Shown here: piece after piece, positions 50,323 to 64,000 of the stretch
Layout of the letters: every line of letters starts with the position of its first letter
Position numbering within the stretch: position 1 is the first letter of the stretch
Source of the DNA: Octopus vulgaris
Taxonomy: Eukaryota
NCBI GenBank assembly: GCA_951406725.2
Contig: OX597818.1
Coordinates: forward strand, 40,300,001 to 40,364,000
DNA: 64,000 bases
Reading direction: 5' to 3'
Notes under the pieces: generated by a model
What the model was told of the DNA's origin: nothing
What the model saw: only the letters and a program-made list of their open reading frames with translations
Database searches by the model: none
Made by a program: the position numbers and the translations under genes

Positions 50323-51405
50323 ACTAGCATTAAAGACCCGTCGTTGCCGGGTCATAGTGCTAGTGCATGTAATATGTGTACATATTACATGTACATCTAT
50401 ATATATACATCTACACATAAAATACAAAACACGAAGTTATATCTTGATATCGCTAGTGATAACAATACTCAAAATATATAACAGACTGGAATTGTAAGCC
50501 CGTCTCTTGCAATTTCGATCAACTGGATCTTGTCCTCCCTCTTGTATAGAAGTGTGGCTACAATCCAGCCTCTACTTCTGGGGGTGGGGGGGGAGGCATT
50601 AAAATTTTTTTCCGGGACGTCCTACGTCCCAGATATAAAGGTAAAAATAAAATATTTCCACTTTGCAAGTTCGAGTCGAGTACTCCCTTGCACGCTCCGT
50701 TGACTCGAACCTTGCTTCTATTGTGGCGAATTTACCGCCTCTGATTAGATACCTTTCATAGTCGCACCAAGACACTTTTCGAAGGTGCTTTCATCCATGT
50801 GTTCAAATCTTCTTTTTTCTCTACATTGTATACTTTATAGACAATAGTCTTTTCTTTAATTTAATTTTTTATTATCCATCTGGACTATTCCATTTCTGCA
50901 CGCTAATTTTATTTTAAATTTATTCCCATTCATGTGAAACCACTTATTCAAGTTCAAATCATTGATGCAATTTTATACCAATTGCTATTTTTACTTTTGT
51001 TATGTTACTTTAGTTTGATTTTAATTATCACTTACTACATATAATTCAATTGTTATTATTATTTTTATTGTTAAAATGAAAGTATCTGACATAAAATAGA
51101 GAAACGTTTTTGTTTCACTTTTAACACGTAATACTGAAATAGTGGAGAAGATATGATGCTGCTATGGGCTCGCTCTAGGCAAGACGTTGAACATTTTTTA
51201 CCCATGAAACTACATGGATCCTAAGTAAGGCATGTGTAAAATTTGAATGGAATTGGCTGTGTAGTTCTCAAGTTTTAGGGAATCGTAGTGGAGAAGATAT
51301 GATATTGCCGCGAGCTCGCCCAAGGCAAAAAGTTAGTTCTCAAGTTTTAGGGAAACAGACGGACAGACACACACACACACACATTCTCAGTTTTATATAT
51401 ATATA
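50323..51405 (-). mobile_element. Non-autonomous Helitron-like element (Lep1/DINE-like layout)
   Basis: Minus strand starts tatatataaaa plus TG/TGTC microsatellite and ends gacccggcaacgacgggtc hairpin then CTAGT; internal 45-bp direct repeat at 51140 and 51286. Confidence 0.75.
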
Positions 51406-51414
51406 TCAAGATAT

Positions 51415-51626
51415 TACTCTTTTACTTGTTTTTGACTGCGGCCATGATGGAGCACCGCCTTTAGTCAAGCAAATCGAGCCCAGGATTTATTCTTTGTAAG
51501 ATTAGTACTTATTCTATCGGTCTCTTTTGCCGAACCGCTAAGTTAGGGGACGTATGCACATCAGCATCGGTTGTCAAGCGATGTTGGTGACACACACACA
51601 CACACACACGCAAACATATACACACA

Positions 51627-51665
<39 letters not shown>

Positions 51666-51822
51666 GGCGGGCTTCTTTTAGTTTCCGTCTACCAAATCCA
51701 CTCACAAGGCTTTGGTCGGCCCAAGGCTATAGTAGAAGACACTTACCCAAGGTGCCACGCAGTGGGACTGAACCTGGAACCATGTGGTTCGTAAGCAAGC
51801 TACTTACCACACAGCCACTCCT
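51415..51822 (-). mobile_element. Full-length SINE family A
   Basis: Near-consensus copy. Confidence 0.92.
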
Positions 51823-52753
51823 TACACACATACATTAATTTCCGACGCAGCCTTAGGATTTTATCTATGCTTTGTCACTCTCGTATGCTTCATGTTTTAC
51901 AAGTATCCATTCATATTTCTTTATATGCATTTTTATCTTCGTTTATGCTTTTAGTATTTCACTTAAAATTAAATTTAAGATAAACGTATTTGAATTTTTT
52001 TCAAGATGACGGACTAAGTTAAACAACAACGTGTATCACGTTCATTCATCTCTCACGCCACAGGATTGCCACAGATGTCCCACAAGAGATGCAAATATTT
52101 CAAATTTTAAGATCGGAGAGGTGATAATGAAAAAATGATTAATGATGGCGAAGCATCATTATTTTGTTGTAAATATTCAAATTTAGAAATTTCAAAGCAA
52201 AATGTATGGATTTATGATAGCCTTCTTATCCTAGCGTTCTTTCTTAGTTAACGAGTTAAAAACAGATATTGAATTTTATGCTTAAATAATGTGAGTGTTT
52301 GTCTCAAGCGAACTGGTATCGGAGCTTTATTATTTGCCTTTAAGTATGTTAATATATTACATATATTCTTTTTCTTGTGCAGATATTATGATAGCAGGGA
52401 AACAAAAGAAGAGGCATATAACATAAACACTTAAAAAAGAACCCACCTCCACCAGACAGAATATAAAATAAATATAAAACTATTTAAAAGTTTCTGTTGG
52501 TATAATGGTGAATTTTATATTCGAATATCGAATTAACCAGCTTTAAAAGCTGTGTTTTCTTTTCCTAATGGCTTCAGTCACAGGACTGCCGTTGTGCTGA
52601 CGTATTGCCTTAAAGGGGTTTATTTAATATATCGCTTTTGGTACGTGGTCTGGAGCTCATTGTACCGATCATGATTATTCGCATGATGCAGCCACCAGCA
52701 TAATTACCACTTTTAGGGGTTTGCGTCCTTTTAAGGATATAACAACCTTAATA

Positions 52754-53255
52754 TTAGGTTGAGGAAAAGTTCGTGCGCCGTGTTAAAATAATGTGGTGTG
52801 TGTGTTCAATCAGTTAATGTCATGTTTAATGGTGGCTAACTGTATTCGTCGAAAACGCGCCTTGTTTCAACAAGACAATACAAAGCCGTATACCGCCTGA
52901 AAGACCAGCCAGAAGACTGAAAAATTGGATGGTGTGGCAGTTCTGCCGTATCCAGCCTTTAGTCTATACGTTGCTCCATCTAACTACGGTCTCTTCCAAT
53001 CAATGCAGCACTTTATGAAAGGTCGCCGATTTGAGTCATTCGATGAAGTTGAAGAAGCCTGTCAAGAATTTTTCGATAAAAAGCCGAAAGATTGGTACTT
53101 TGACCAAATCTGAAAGCTCGCAGATCGTTGGAAGAAGGCCGTGGAAAATGATGGTCTTTATTTTGAAGAATAGTTTGTGTTGACTTTTAAATAAATTCTT
53201 GTATTAAAACAAATCACTATTTTAACACTGCGCACGAACTTTTACCTCAGCCTAG
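52754..53255 (+). mobile_element. Internally deleted mariner element
   Basis: TA-flanked ~37-bp TIRs (ttaggttgaggaaaagttcgtgcg..); FQQDNTKPYTA..LPYPAFSLYVAPSNYGLF..LADRWKKAVENDGLYFE. Confidence 0.92.
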
Positions 53256-53294
53256 TATTTACAGCGATATTCTGAAACATAGCCATCGATAAAC

Positions 53295-53442
53295 AGGGGA
53301 CGCCCTGCCCCCTGCCGGAGCCTCGTGGAGCCTTTAGGTGTTTTCGATCAATAAACACACACAACGCCTGGTCTGGGAATCGAAACCACGATTCTCCGAC
53401 CGCGAGTCCGCTGCCTTAACTACTGGGCCATTGCGCCTCCAC
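53295..53442 (-). mobile_element. SINE family B, 5' part
   Basis: Homologous to 3890-4026. Confidence 0.88.
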
Positions 53443-54031
53443 AATGTAATTAATAATAATTATTAATAGTTTTTATTTGGCAAGCGACATTTAACGGGAG
53501 AAAACAGGGAAGACGAAGACGTGTGCCCTAGGAATGATGCTCTATGCAGAGAGTAATACTCATCTGGTTCTGTCGCTGTTTTTGTAAAATATTGATCGAT
53601 GAGTAGAAAAAAATAAATAAGGCAACATAGGCGACCATATGTTGGGCTTATCTAAAGGACTTTGGTTACTAATATCAATATAACTGATTAATTTTAAAAC
53701 AATGCCATCGGCTATAACTGGAGAATAAATAATTAAACAGATAAGAATAGTACCCTACACACTGAAGTTCGCACATGCACATATACGCACGAGTGGACGC
53801 AGGCACGTACATACACGCATACAAATATGCACACAGAGTAAGACAGCTACGCTCGATATTTACACACATATACACATACGAAATAAACATTACATTTGCA
53901 TAGGCATTTGTCCATCTATCCATACATACATACATACGTACGTACGTACGTACATACATACATACATACATACATACATACATACATACATACATACATA
54001 AATACATAAATACATACATATATACGCACAC

Positions 54032-54068
<37 letters not shown>

Positions 54069-54210
54069 ATGTGTGTGTGTATAATATATGTGTGTGTGAG
54101 TGTGTGTGGGGTTAGTTTTTAAATCTAAAGTTATTATTTTACATCATTATTATCAAAGGAGTCATTATTTTAAACGATTAAAAATAAAAGAGTCCATACA
54201 TAAATATGTA

Positions 54211-54254
<44 letters not shown>

Positions 54255-54269
54255 TGCATACATACAGTT

Positions 54270-54700
<431 letters not shown>

Positions 54701-54711
54701 GCATTACCTCA

Positions 54712-55575
54712 TTCACCCATTGTAGCCTTTAGATGCAATGAAAATATAAGAGGACTGTTAACAAGTATCACTAAACGGAATAAAAACGCCACTGTAGTTC
54801 CTAAACGGTGTCCCCATAAAAACCAACCGCAAGAGAAGTTCGTGGAACAACATGAGTCAAGGCAATTTTATCGCAAATGAAATGTTATGATCTATACACA
54901 CTTATAGGTGCAGGAGTGGATGTGTGGTAAGTCGCTTGCTTACCAACCACATGGTTCCAGATTCAGTCCCACTGCGTGGCACCATAGGCAAGTAAGTGTC
55001 TTCTGCTATAGCCTCGGGCCGACCAAAGCCTTGTGAGTGGATTTGGTAGACGGAAACTGAAAAGAAGCCCGTCGTATATAATGTATATGTATATATATGT
55101 GTGTCTGTGTTTGTCTCCCCAACATCGCTTGACAACCGATGCTGGTGTGTTTACGTCCTTGTGACTTAGCGGTTCGGCAAAAGAGACAGATAGAATAAGT
55201 CCTGGGGTCGATTTGCTCGACTAAAGGCGGTGCTCCAACATGGCCGCAGTCAAATGACTGAAACAAGTAAAAGAGTAAAAGAGTAGGTAGGACCTGTAGG
55301 GATTTCCCATTTGGTGTATACAGCGGAATGCAGCAAACAGAACTTGAGATATGCTGGTCGTACGACAGAGAAATTAGATAAATGATTCAATGGGAGTAAG
55401 TAAGTCGTCAGGCGCAATAACATTAGTTCGACGGACCCTGGTGAATATTTTACATCATTTAGAAGGACATTATCAGAAAATATTCTGACTCCGCTGTATT
55501 TTCAGTCCTCAAATCATACGAGGATAAATAAATTTGTATATTACTTACGTTACGCCCTGGAGGAATGGACAAAAT
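54712..55575 (+). pseudogene. Penelope-like (Neptune-type) remnant with linker and GIY-YIG domain, split by a SINE
   Basis: PIVAFRCNENIRGLL; SHLVYTAECSKQNLRYAGRTTEKLDK*FN; YEDK*ICILLTLRPGGMD (E..WI..L.T..P.G.N). Confidence 0.75.
54906..55285 (+). mobile_element. SINE family A nested in the Penelope-like remnant
   Basis: Near-consensus copy with (gagtaaaa)n tail. Confidence 0.92.
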
Positions 55576-56137
55576 GACCGAATTTCCTTACATTTACACA
55601 AGACATTTTCATTAAGAATTCTCTTTCGTGTTTTCTTGGCTTCGCGTGTATTTTTTTTCTTTTTCCTTGTTACCAGTTATGAAAAAGCGAAGTTTGATGA
55701 CAACACTTTAATCTAAAGAGGAACGCAGGGTATTCCAGCCCAAGTTTTCAATTTTTGTATTTCTGCGTATTTTTCACTTTCCATTTTGAACCAGAAGAAG
55801 ACAGACATACAATTCATACATATTCAGTTCATTAACCGGAGCAACTCTCTATCACAAATCGAACTGTGCCATCTCACACAGACAAATAATGTAATAAATG
55901 AAACTAGTTTTAATTCATAAATAGTGAAGACGAATCATTGTTGGAGTTATGCTCCCATTCATGACAGATATGGGTTGGGTTAGATAACGAAACTGTTAAA
56001 TTGCTGATTTGTGGTAGAGTCGCAGGAGAATGTTAAAACTGTTGAATACACAAATGATACAAGCTCTGTGTTTATAACTATTAATTGAAATCGGTCTCGT
56101 TTATTATATCACCTATCTGCTTGAGATGGCACTGGAT

Positions 56138-56803
56138 ATACATACATACATACATACATACATACATACATACATACATACATGCATACATACATACATA
56201 CATACATACATACATGCATACAAACATACATACATACATGCATGCATTCATGCATACATACATACATACATACATGCATGCATGCATACATACATACATG
56301 CATGCATGCATGCATACATACATACATACATACATACATACATGCATGCATACATACATACATACATAAATACATACATGCATGCATACATACATACATA
56401 CATACATGCATGCATGCATACATACATACATACATACATACATACATACATACATACATACATGCATGCATGCATACATACATACATACATACATATATA
56501 CATACATACATGCATGCATACATACATACATACATACATACATACATACATACATACATGCATGCATGCATACATACATGCATACATACATACATGCATA
56601 CATACATACATAAATACATATTCACATACATACATACATAAACACATATTCACATACATACATACATGCACGCACAAACACATACATACATGCACGCATG
56701 CACGCACGCACAAACACATACACACATGCACGCTTGCACGCACGCACACATACATACATACATACATACATACATACATACATACATACATACATACATA
56801 CAT
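56138..56803. repeat. (CATA)n/(CATG)n compound microsatellite
   Basis: Direct observation. Confidence 0.97.
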
Positions 56804-57680
56804 AAGCTTGAAGAAGACAGTAGAATTGACACAAAGCGCAGCCTCTCTTGGACACAACACCACTATATCACATCACACATTGAAGGCTATGCGTTTGCAA
56901 TCCAGGAACAGATGATTCCCACAAAGTGCCTAGTGAACAAGAGAGACAGTGACGCTCTTGTAATCCAAAGGTGCAACCGCATGTGTAGGCTATGTCATGT
57001 TTCTGTGGAAGAGATCACGCATGTGATTAGCAGCTGTCCTAAAATGTCGTACTACCTTCCTATGCAGCATGATGTTGATGCTAAAACAATTTACAATGCC
57101 ATCTGCTAAAAAAAATCCACTAACTTGAAATAAACTAAGAAACCCCTCTGTTATGGAATACATTCATAAACACCAACTCAAGGAATATTGATGGAATATT
57201 CCCATCAAAACTTCTGTCAAATGTAAACATTACAGGCCGGATATTGTTGTCTGGGACACAGAAGGAATGTTATGTACCATCATAGAGGTCAGCTGCCCTG
57301 CGGATACAAATATCTCTTTGAAAGTCGAAGAAAAAGAGGATATCTATGGATAACTGCTTCGAAACCTCCAGCTTCTTTATCCATACTATGAATTCATATT
57401 CATACCAATAATTATTGGAACACTAGGTTTTGTTAGTAAATGCTTAAAGGAAAATCTGGATAAACAGGAATTTTCAGAAAGAGAAAGTGAGCAGCTGATT
57501 CGTACATTTCAAGTGTAATCTGTGAGTGGAACAGTAAAAATATGCAAGACTTTTCTCATGTTCCAAATGTGAATTTGTCTGTGTTAACTACATCCAAAAA
57601 GATGGAGCCTTGTATTCTTGTTGGAAACCAGCTACCGCTTCACTTGAAAATTTATGATAATTAAAAATATAGAAGAGACA
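56804..57680 (+). pseudogene. 5'-truncated R4-like RLE LINE
   Basis: EGYAFAIQEQMIPTK..CRLCHVSVEEITHVISSCP..CKHYRPDIVVWD..IIEVSCPAD..PIIIGTLG..GTVKICKTF. Confidence 0.9.
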
Positions 57681-57687
57681 TACATAC

Positions 57688-58002
57688 CAATCTTGAGAAA
57701 TTAAGCTACTCAAAACCAGAAAGGAGAAAGTTGATTCAAAGGCTAGAGATCAAAACCATCACTGGAACTGTAAAATTCTGTAAAAATTTCCGGAAGCTTA
57801 TCACGTAAGTGTATATGAGCATGTCTAGATATGTACGTATATGCATGAGAACACATACCTAAAACAACACATACGAACCTGCACGTATAAATAAATACAT
57901 ACATACAAAAATAATCTGCTGAAGTTGAAATTCCAATGATCTAGGTTAGAAACCGGCTCTTTCTCTATTGGCAAGAAATCTTGAAATAAAACTGAATAAT
58001 GA
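57688..58002 (+). mobile_element. 3' end of a second CATA-associated R4-like subfamily, in tandem with the previous copy
   Basis: NLEKLSYSKPERRKLIQRLEIKTITGTVKFCKNF, UTR ending ctgaataatga|catacata. Confidence 0.85.
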
Positions 58003-58122
58003 CATACATACATATATACATACATGCATACATACATACATACATACATACATACATACATACATACATACATACATACTATACACATGCATACATACAT
58101 GTATTATATATACATACTTATA

Positions 58123-59011
58123 CGAGGCCTGATCAATAATTATCCGGACTGTCGCCATAGTAATGAAGCTAAAGCACACAGAGTAAAACTGCTAGGTACA
58201 GATTGATCTTAAACTCTACTATGCATGCGCACTAAGTTTTAATGTTCTAGCTCACTTCCGCTGTTTACAGCAGTGCTTGGAATGAAAGTGTGTAGCGTAT
58301 GATCGCCGCATGGGCCATGACTGAGAAAGTTCTCATCGCGATACCTGCTCATAGGCCTATGCAATGTTGCAGAAAGTGCATAGAGAGGAGTGTATGAGCT
58401 GCAAACAAGTGTACAAGCGGTTCAAACGTTTCCAAGACGGCCGAAAAATGTCGATATTGACGAACGTTCTGGGAGACCTGCAACCAGCAGAAGTGAGAAA
58501 AACATTACAGATGTGCGTGCAACCGTGAGGGGAAATCGTCAAATCACCGTCTGTGAGTTATCAGAGGATGTGCAGATTAGTTACGGTTCAGTTCAGTCCA
58601 TTATCACTGAAGATATGGATATGAGACGTATGTCTACCAAGTTTGTGCCCAAACTGCTTTCAGCTGACCAAAAAGACATTCAGCTTTCAGTTGCACAAGA
58701 TCTTGATTCTGTCGAAAACAATGTAAAGGTTTTTGAAAAACTTGCTTAGGCCTCTGAGCTGGTATCGCCAAGCTTTTGACAAAATTTGATATAGAATCTC
58801 TGCTCAAATTTCTCTGTCATGTTCAAAGCAAAGACCACACGCTATACACCTTCCTTCTAAGCACTGCTGTAAACAGCGGAAGTAAGCTAGAACGTTAAAC
58901 CATAGTGTGCATTCAAAGCAGAGTTCAAGATCGATCTCTGTCAAGCGGCTTCACTCGTGCTTTAGCTTCGTTATTATAACAACAGTTCGGATACTTATTG
59001 ATCAGACCATG
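58123..59011 (+). mobile_element. mariner-derived element with ~185-bp terminal inverted repeats and N-terminal transposase remnant
   Basis: 58123-58305 approximates the reverse complement of 58833-59011; FKRFQDGR..DERSGRP..VRGNRQITV.EL..KFVPKLL. Confidence 0.88.
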
Positions 59012-59133
59012 CATACATGCAGACACAAGCATACACACACACATATACACATATATACACGCACACGCAGAAATACAGTATATATGTATTGCATACATTC
59101 ATCCATGCATGCCTATACATACACATATATACA

Positions 59134-59375
59134 GTGGTGCACTTGGTTATGTGAGGAAATGCCTAAGAGACAATCTGAATAACCTAAGGGTTTTAGAAAA
59201 CGAAACCAATCAACATTGCAAAAACAATGTGTTGTGGATAGAAGAGAAAAAATATGAATGACTTTAAAATGTGACATTGCTTTTGCTAGCTACATTTCAA
59301 AGATGGAGTTTTGTATCTTTGTTAAAAACTAGCTCCTTCCTCAGAGGAAGAGCTTAGACAATGAAAAACAGAAAA
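59134..59375 (+). mobile_element. Degraded R4-like 3' end
   Basis: GALGYVRKCLRDNLNNL plus a UTR similar to 57585-57645. Confidence 0.65.
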
Positions 59376-59394
59376 GGACACAAACACACGCATA

Positions 59395-59458
<64 letters not shown>

Positions 59459-59477
59459 CATACATGAATATTCATGT

Positions 59478-59516
59478 CTATCTATCTATTTATCTATTTA
59501 TCTATCTATCTATCTT

Positions 59517-59580
<64 letters not shown>

Positions 59581-59581
59581 G

Positions 59582-59640
<59 letters not shown>
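59478..59640. repeat. (CTAT)n microsatellite
   Basis: Direct observation. Confidence 0.95.
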
Positions 59641-59641
<1 letters not shown>

Positions 59642-60012
59642 GTTTATGTATATTTACATATACATAAATGCATATTCATATACTTATGTTCCTATATTTT
59701 TATGAATATACTTATTAGTGTGTGTGCGCATGCAAGCCTGTGTTTATATATAAGTGTATATATATATAAGTATTAATACTTATAATTACCTGTTTCAATT
59801 ACCTATTGTTATCCGTAGATTTACTGAAGGAACTTCGTAGTGGCTGTTGGGTTAACAGTATTAATAAAAGAGGAGATGGCATGTGTAATAGACTTTATTG
59901 GGTACAACACATACTTCGACCCATTCTTGGTCTTTTCGTATACATCAATAAAAAGTCTCACAAGAGATTTCTTGAGCCGGCTTACGTAACTCTATATGTC
60001 CATCAAATTCAA

Positions 60013-60105
<93 letters not shown>

Positions 60106-60195
60106 CACACACACTCACACATATATGTTTATAGTTACACAAATACATATCCTTATATATTACATATATTTCAATCTTCATATATATCACTATAT

Positions 60196-60421
60196 CTCTC
60201 TTTTGCTCTCTTTTTTACTTGTTTCAGTCATTTGACTGCGACCATGCCGGAGCACCGCCTTTAGTCGAGTAAATCGAATCCAGGACTTATTCTTTGTAAG
60301 CCTACTACATATTCTATCGGTCTCTTTTGCCGAACCGCTAAGTTACGGGGACGTAAACACACCAGCATCGGTTGTCAAGCGATGTTGGGGGACAAACACA
60401 GACACTCAAACATATACACAC

Positions 60422-60493
<72 letters not shown>

Positions 60494-60671
60494 TACATAT
60501 ATATATACGACGGTCTTCTTTCAGTTTCCGTCTACCAAATCCACTCACAAGGCTTTAATCGGCCCGAAGCTACAGTAGAAGGCACTTGCCCAAGGAGCCA
60601 CGCAGTAGGACTGAACCCGGAACCATGTGGTTCATAAGCAAGCGACTTACCACACAACCACTCCTGCGCCT
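60196..60671 (-). mobile_element. Full-length SINE family A
   Basis: Near-consensus copy. Confidence 0.92.
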
Positions 60672-61087
60672 CATGCATATGTACGTGTATCGTAATCACA
60701 TACAAGAAAGCTTCATTCATTTACTTATAAACGTATTTTCTCTGTATGTGTTCGTGACTTTGTCCTTGCTTTGATAATTGTTGAATGTATTTAAATAATG
60801 TGACATTGTTCCGTGTTTACCAGGGAATCGATTATGGAATCCGTGTATCTGATCGCAGCAAGTTCTGACTAGAAATTCCAAGAGGTTATTATAGAATCAC
60901 ACATCTGTGTAGTGGTAGATGTGTGTGAGTATATCTTTGCATATGCAATTCTGCGTGTATTCCTGTATATATTTCTCTATGTGACTACTTTATAAACACA
61001 CACAAACATATACACATATACACACACACATATACATGCATATATGTATGTATGTATGTATGTGGATGTATGTTACAAATTATAGAT

Positions 61088-61529
61088 GGAGAGAGGGAGA
61101 GAGAGAGAGAGAGCGGGAGAGAGAGAGAGAGAGAGGGAGAGAGAGAGAGAGATCGGAAAATTAGGCACTGCGTGACAAAAGTACTGAGGAACGGAGACTC
61201 AGAGATTGATAGATAAATGGATAGAGAGAAAGAGAGTGAGAAATATGTAGAGAGAAACATAGAGAGTAGTTCCATAAAGGAAAGTAGAGCTGCAAAGAGA
61301 AAGTGAGAGAGATTGATAGATAAATATATAGATGGAGAGAGAGAGAGAGAAAGAGAGAGAAGTAGAGAAAGAGAGAGTCAGAGGTAGAGGAAGACAGATA
61401 AAAAGATAGAAGTTAGATGAAGTGCAAGAGAAATAAGGAAGAGAAGAGAGAAAAAGAATAAAAAGAGGGAGAGAGAGGTGGGTTAAAGAAAGTGAGATAA
61501 GGTTGAATAACAGCGTGTGTTAGAGAGTG

Positions 61530-61576
<47 letters not shown>

Positions 61577-61942
61577 GTGGCGGGATAAAAGAGAGGAAAG
61601 GAGAAAAATACAAATAAGATGGAGAAAATATTTAGTCTCCCAGAGAAAGCTTGACAAAGAGAAAGAAAGGATGGAAGTTAAAGAAGAAAGAGTTGGGGGC
61701 AAGAAAGAAAGAGCGAGAAAGTTGGTGTGCAGGAGGAAGAGGAGGACGAAGAGGGAAAGGAGGAGGAGGAGGGAAATGGAAAGTGGATGTATATACTAAA
61801 GAAAGAGAGTGTGTGTGAGAGTCATAAAGAGAGAGTGAGAGAGGTGAGAGAAGAAGAAATATGAAAAAGATGTAGAAAAAAAACAAGACTACAGAAAATC
61901 ATTAAAAGAAAAGGTATGAACATATACGTTTGTGTGTGTAAG

Positions 61943-62025
<83 letters not shown>

Positions 62026-62026
62026 C

Positions 62027-62074
<48 letters not shown>

Positions 62075-62075
62075 T
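61088..62075. repeat. Polypurine tract with several (GA)n arrays
   Basis: Direct observation. Confidence 0.9.
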
Positions 62076-63110
62076 TATATAAAAGGGACATTTTTGCTTT
62101 GTGACTATATTATAGCATATGTCGGTGAGTAATTTCATAAATGCAAACAATTAACTTCATTCCTTTAATTATGGTCTGCCCCTCAACACGCTCATATTTC
62201 CCTTATCTATTCATTATATGAGTCCAATCAATCATAAGTTATACAGTAGGAATATGTCAGTTTTCATCGATTTTCATGTTTTTAATTTTTTTCTCTTAGA
62301 ATTATTTTATTTTCTCCCGTTTTCTATTTCATTTCGGTTACCTTTTGTTTTCTCTCATTTTTCTTTTATTTTTATATAATATTCGTTCCTTCAACTTTTT
62401 CTTGTTTGTTCTTTGTTTTTACTCTGTATCATATCTGTTTTATGACCATCTAAACAGTTTGTATCCATAGCTTCTGTTTATCTCTCTCTCGCCTTCCACT
62501 TTTCTATTTCTTTCTGTGTGTGTGTGTGTGTCACTTGAATTCTGTTCTGTATGTTATTTTGTCTTTTTGTAAATTTCTTTCCCCTTTGAGAGTATTTGGT
62601 TACAGGTTAAAGAGTTGCACGGAAACAAGCCATCGTATATTGAACTCATAATTGAACTTTTAGCATTCCCTTCCGGTCTTGCCACTTGGAGGGATTTTTG
62701 ATTTATAAACCCTTGCATTGACACCGGAAGCAGCTTTCTACAACATCCTGTTCACATATAAGCGGTCAATTAAGTGTTGTAATGAACCCTAGAAGTAGAA
62801 GCGTTCAACAATCGAATTTTCTCTTGCAAATTGCTTTTGTTTCTTTTCAAAAGTTATTCAGTTATGGTTGGTGCTATTGAAGGACTGCAGTACCAAAACA
62901 GGCAACAGAATTTTATGTCTGCCTACAGTTATACAGAAAAAGATGTGCTTGTAACACTGCCATTTGTACAGAGATTTTATAATAAACGAGTTCAGTTAAA
63001 ATTTATTTGTCATTTAACTGACATTTAAATTTTAAAATTACTGATATAAAGGAGTTTAACGAGCATTTATTTTCCATTTCTAAATGGGGTTTAAATACAT
63101 TTTATATAAT

Positions 63111-63495
63111 ACTAGCAGTATCGCCCGGCGTTGCTCGGGTTTGTTTCGACCCTTTAGAATTGGAATTTTTGAAAAGTAAAACTTGTGCATTATGTAGCTT
63201 GTTATTCTCTTTGAGTGAACATTTTTCTGGTTGAAATACACCGAAAAATGGCGACACAGCAGTAAAAAAATCGTAAAAAATAGGGATGTTCATAGAAAAA
63301 GAGCACCTTTTTGATGTAAATAATTTTTGGTGTTAACACGGTCCGATTTGAATTCTGCGGAAGGAAGAGCAAGCCTTCTTCTATCATACTCTCAATTTTG
63401 GTCAACTTGCGCCGTAGGGTCTCGGAGGAAATAGTTTTAGTTGAAGGCTGCCAAACCTGCCATACATAGACCAACTTCAGTTATATATATACAGA
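63111..63495 (-). mobile_element. Short non-autonomous Helitron-like element
   Basis: actag terminus with gcccggcgttgctcgggt hairpin (63123-63140); other end catacatagac..ttatatatata. Confidence 0.7.
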
Positions 63496-64000
63496 GATGT
63501 TAATTTTATATTTTAATGTACATTTATATTTCCAATTAAAATTAAAATCTAATTCTAATGAAATATTTTTTAACTAAAAATTTACTCATTATGAAGCTTG
63601 ATTTAAAATTGCAAAAATTTAATCATATATGCTTAAATTGGAAACGTACTTCAACTATGGTTAAGCTCGCACTCAGAATAAACTGATACTTTAAAGCTTT
63701 TATTTATAAACCTGTCGCAACAATATAGCATAAACATCGAGGATAAAAGTACTATTTAGCAAACTTGACCCAGTACTTGAAAAACTTGAAAAAATTCAAA
63801 GCTTACGAAGGTGCTATTTGTAAATTTCAAATGGACCCCAACAAACTTCGAAATTGGAATCAAATTTTACAATATATATTTCTCTGGCACAGTTTGACTT
63901 TTCGACCCCCTTTTGCATTCAGTTAAGCGCATCATCATGGGTTATTTTTGTAAGGAAAGAGGGATTATAGTTTTAAAACAACTAAATTTGAAATATATGA

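Overview
AT-rich, microsatellite-saturated animal DNA, intergenic or deep intronic. The SINE families, simple-repeat spectrum and zinc-finger RTE point to a coleoid cephalopod, probably Octopus (inference). I can support no intact host exon, RNA gene or CRISPR array; almost all ORF-track entries are simple-repeat or SINE artefacts. The window is a layered set of decayed mobile elements: at least four tRNA-headed SINE families; R4/Dong-type RLE LINEs, an RTE with three C2H2-like fingers, and Tx1/L1, RTE and CR1/L2 remnants; two Penelope-like GIY-YIG remnants; piggyBac, Merlin, Tc1, mariner, hAT and Helitron-type DNA elements. The main hidden signal is a set of hammerhead ribozyme (HHR) motifs in small non-coding elements inside microsatellites. 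These are a 354-bp retrozyme/pLTR-like unit with terminal direct repeats (13389-13763), an inverted pLTR-like element with a minimal CCGAUGA-core HHR (39622-39808), and a candidate HHR whose three core strands occur in non-circularly permuted order (34226-34288). Long foldback inversions recur at element junctions. All calls were made by eye with no searches or folding runs, so many boundaries are approximate.
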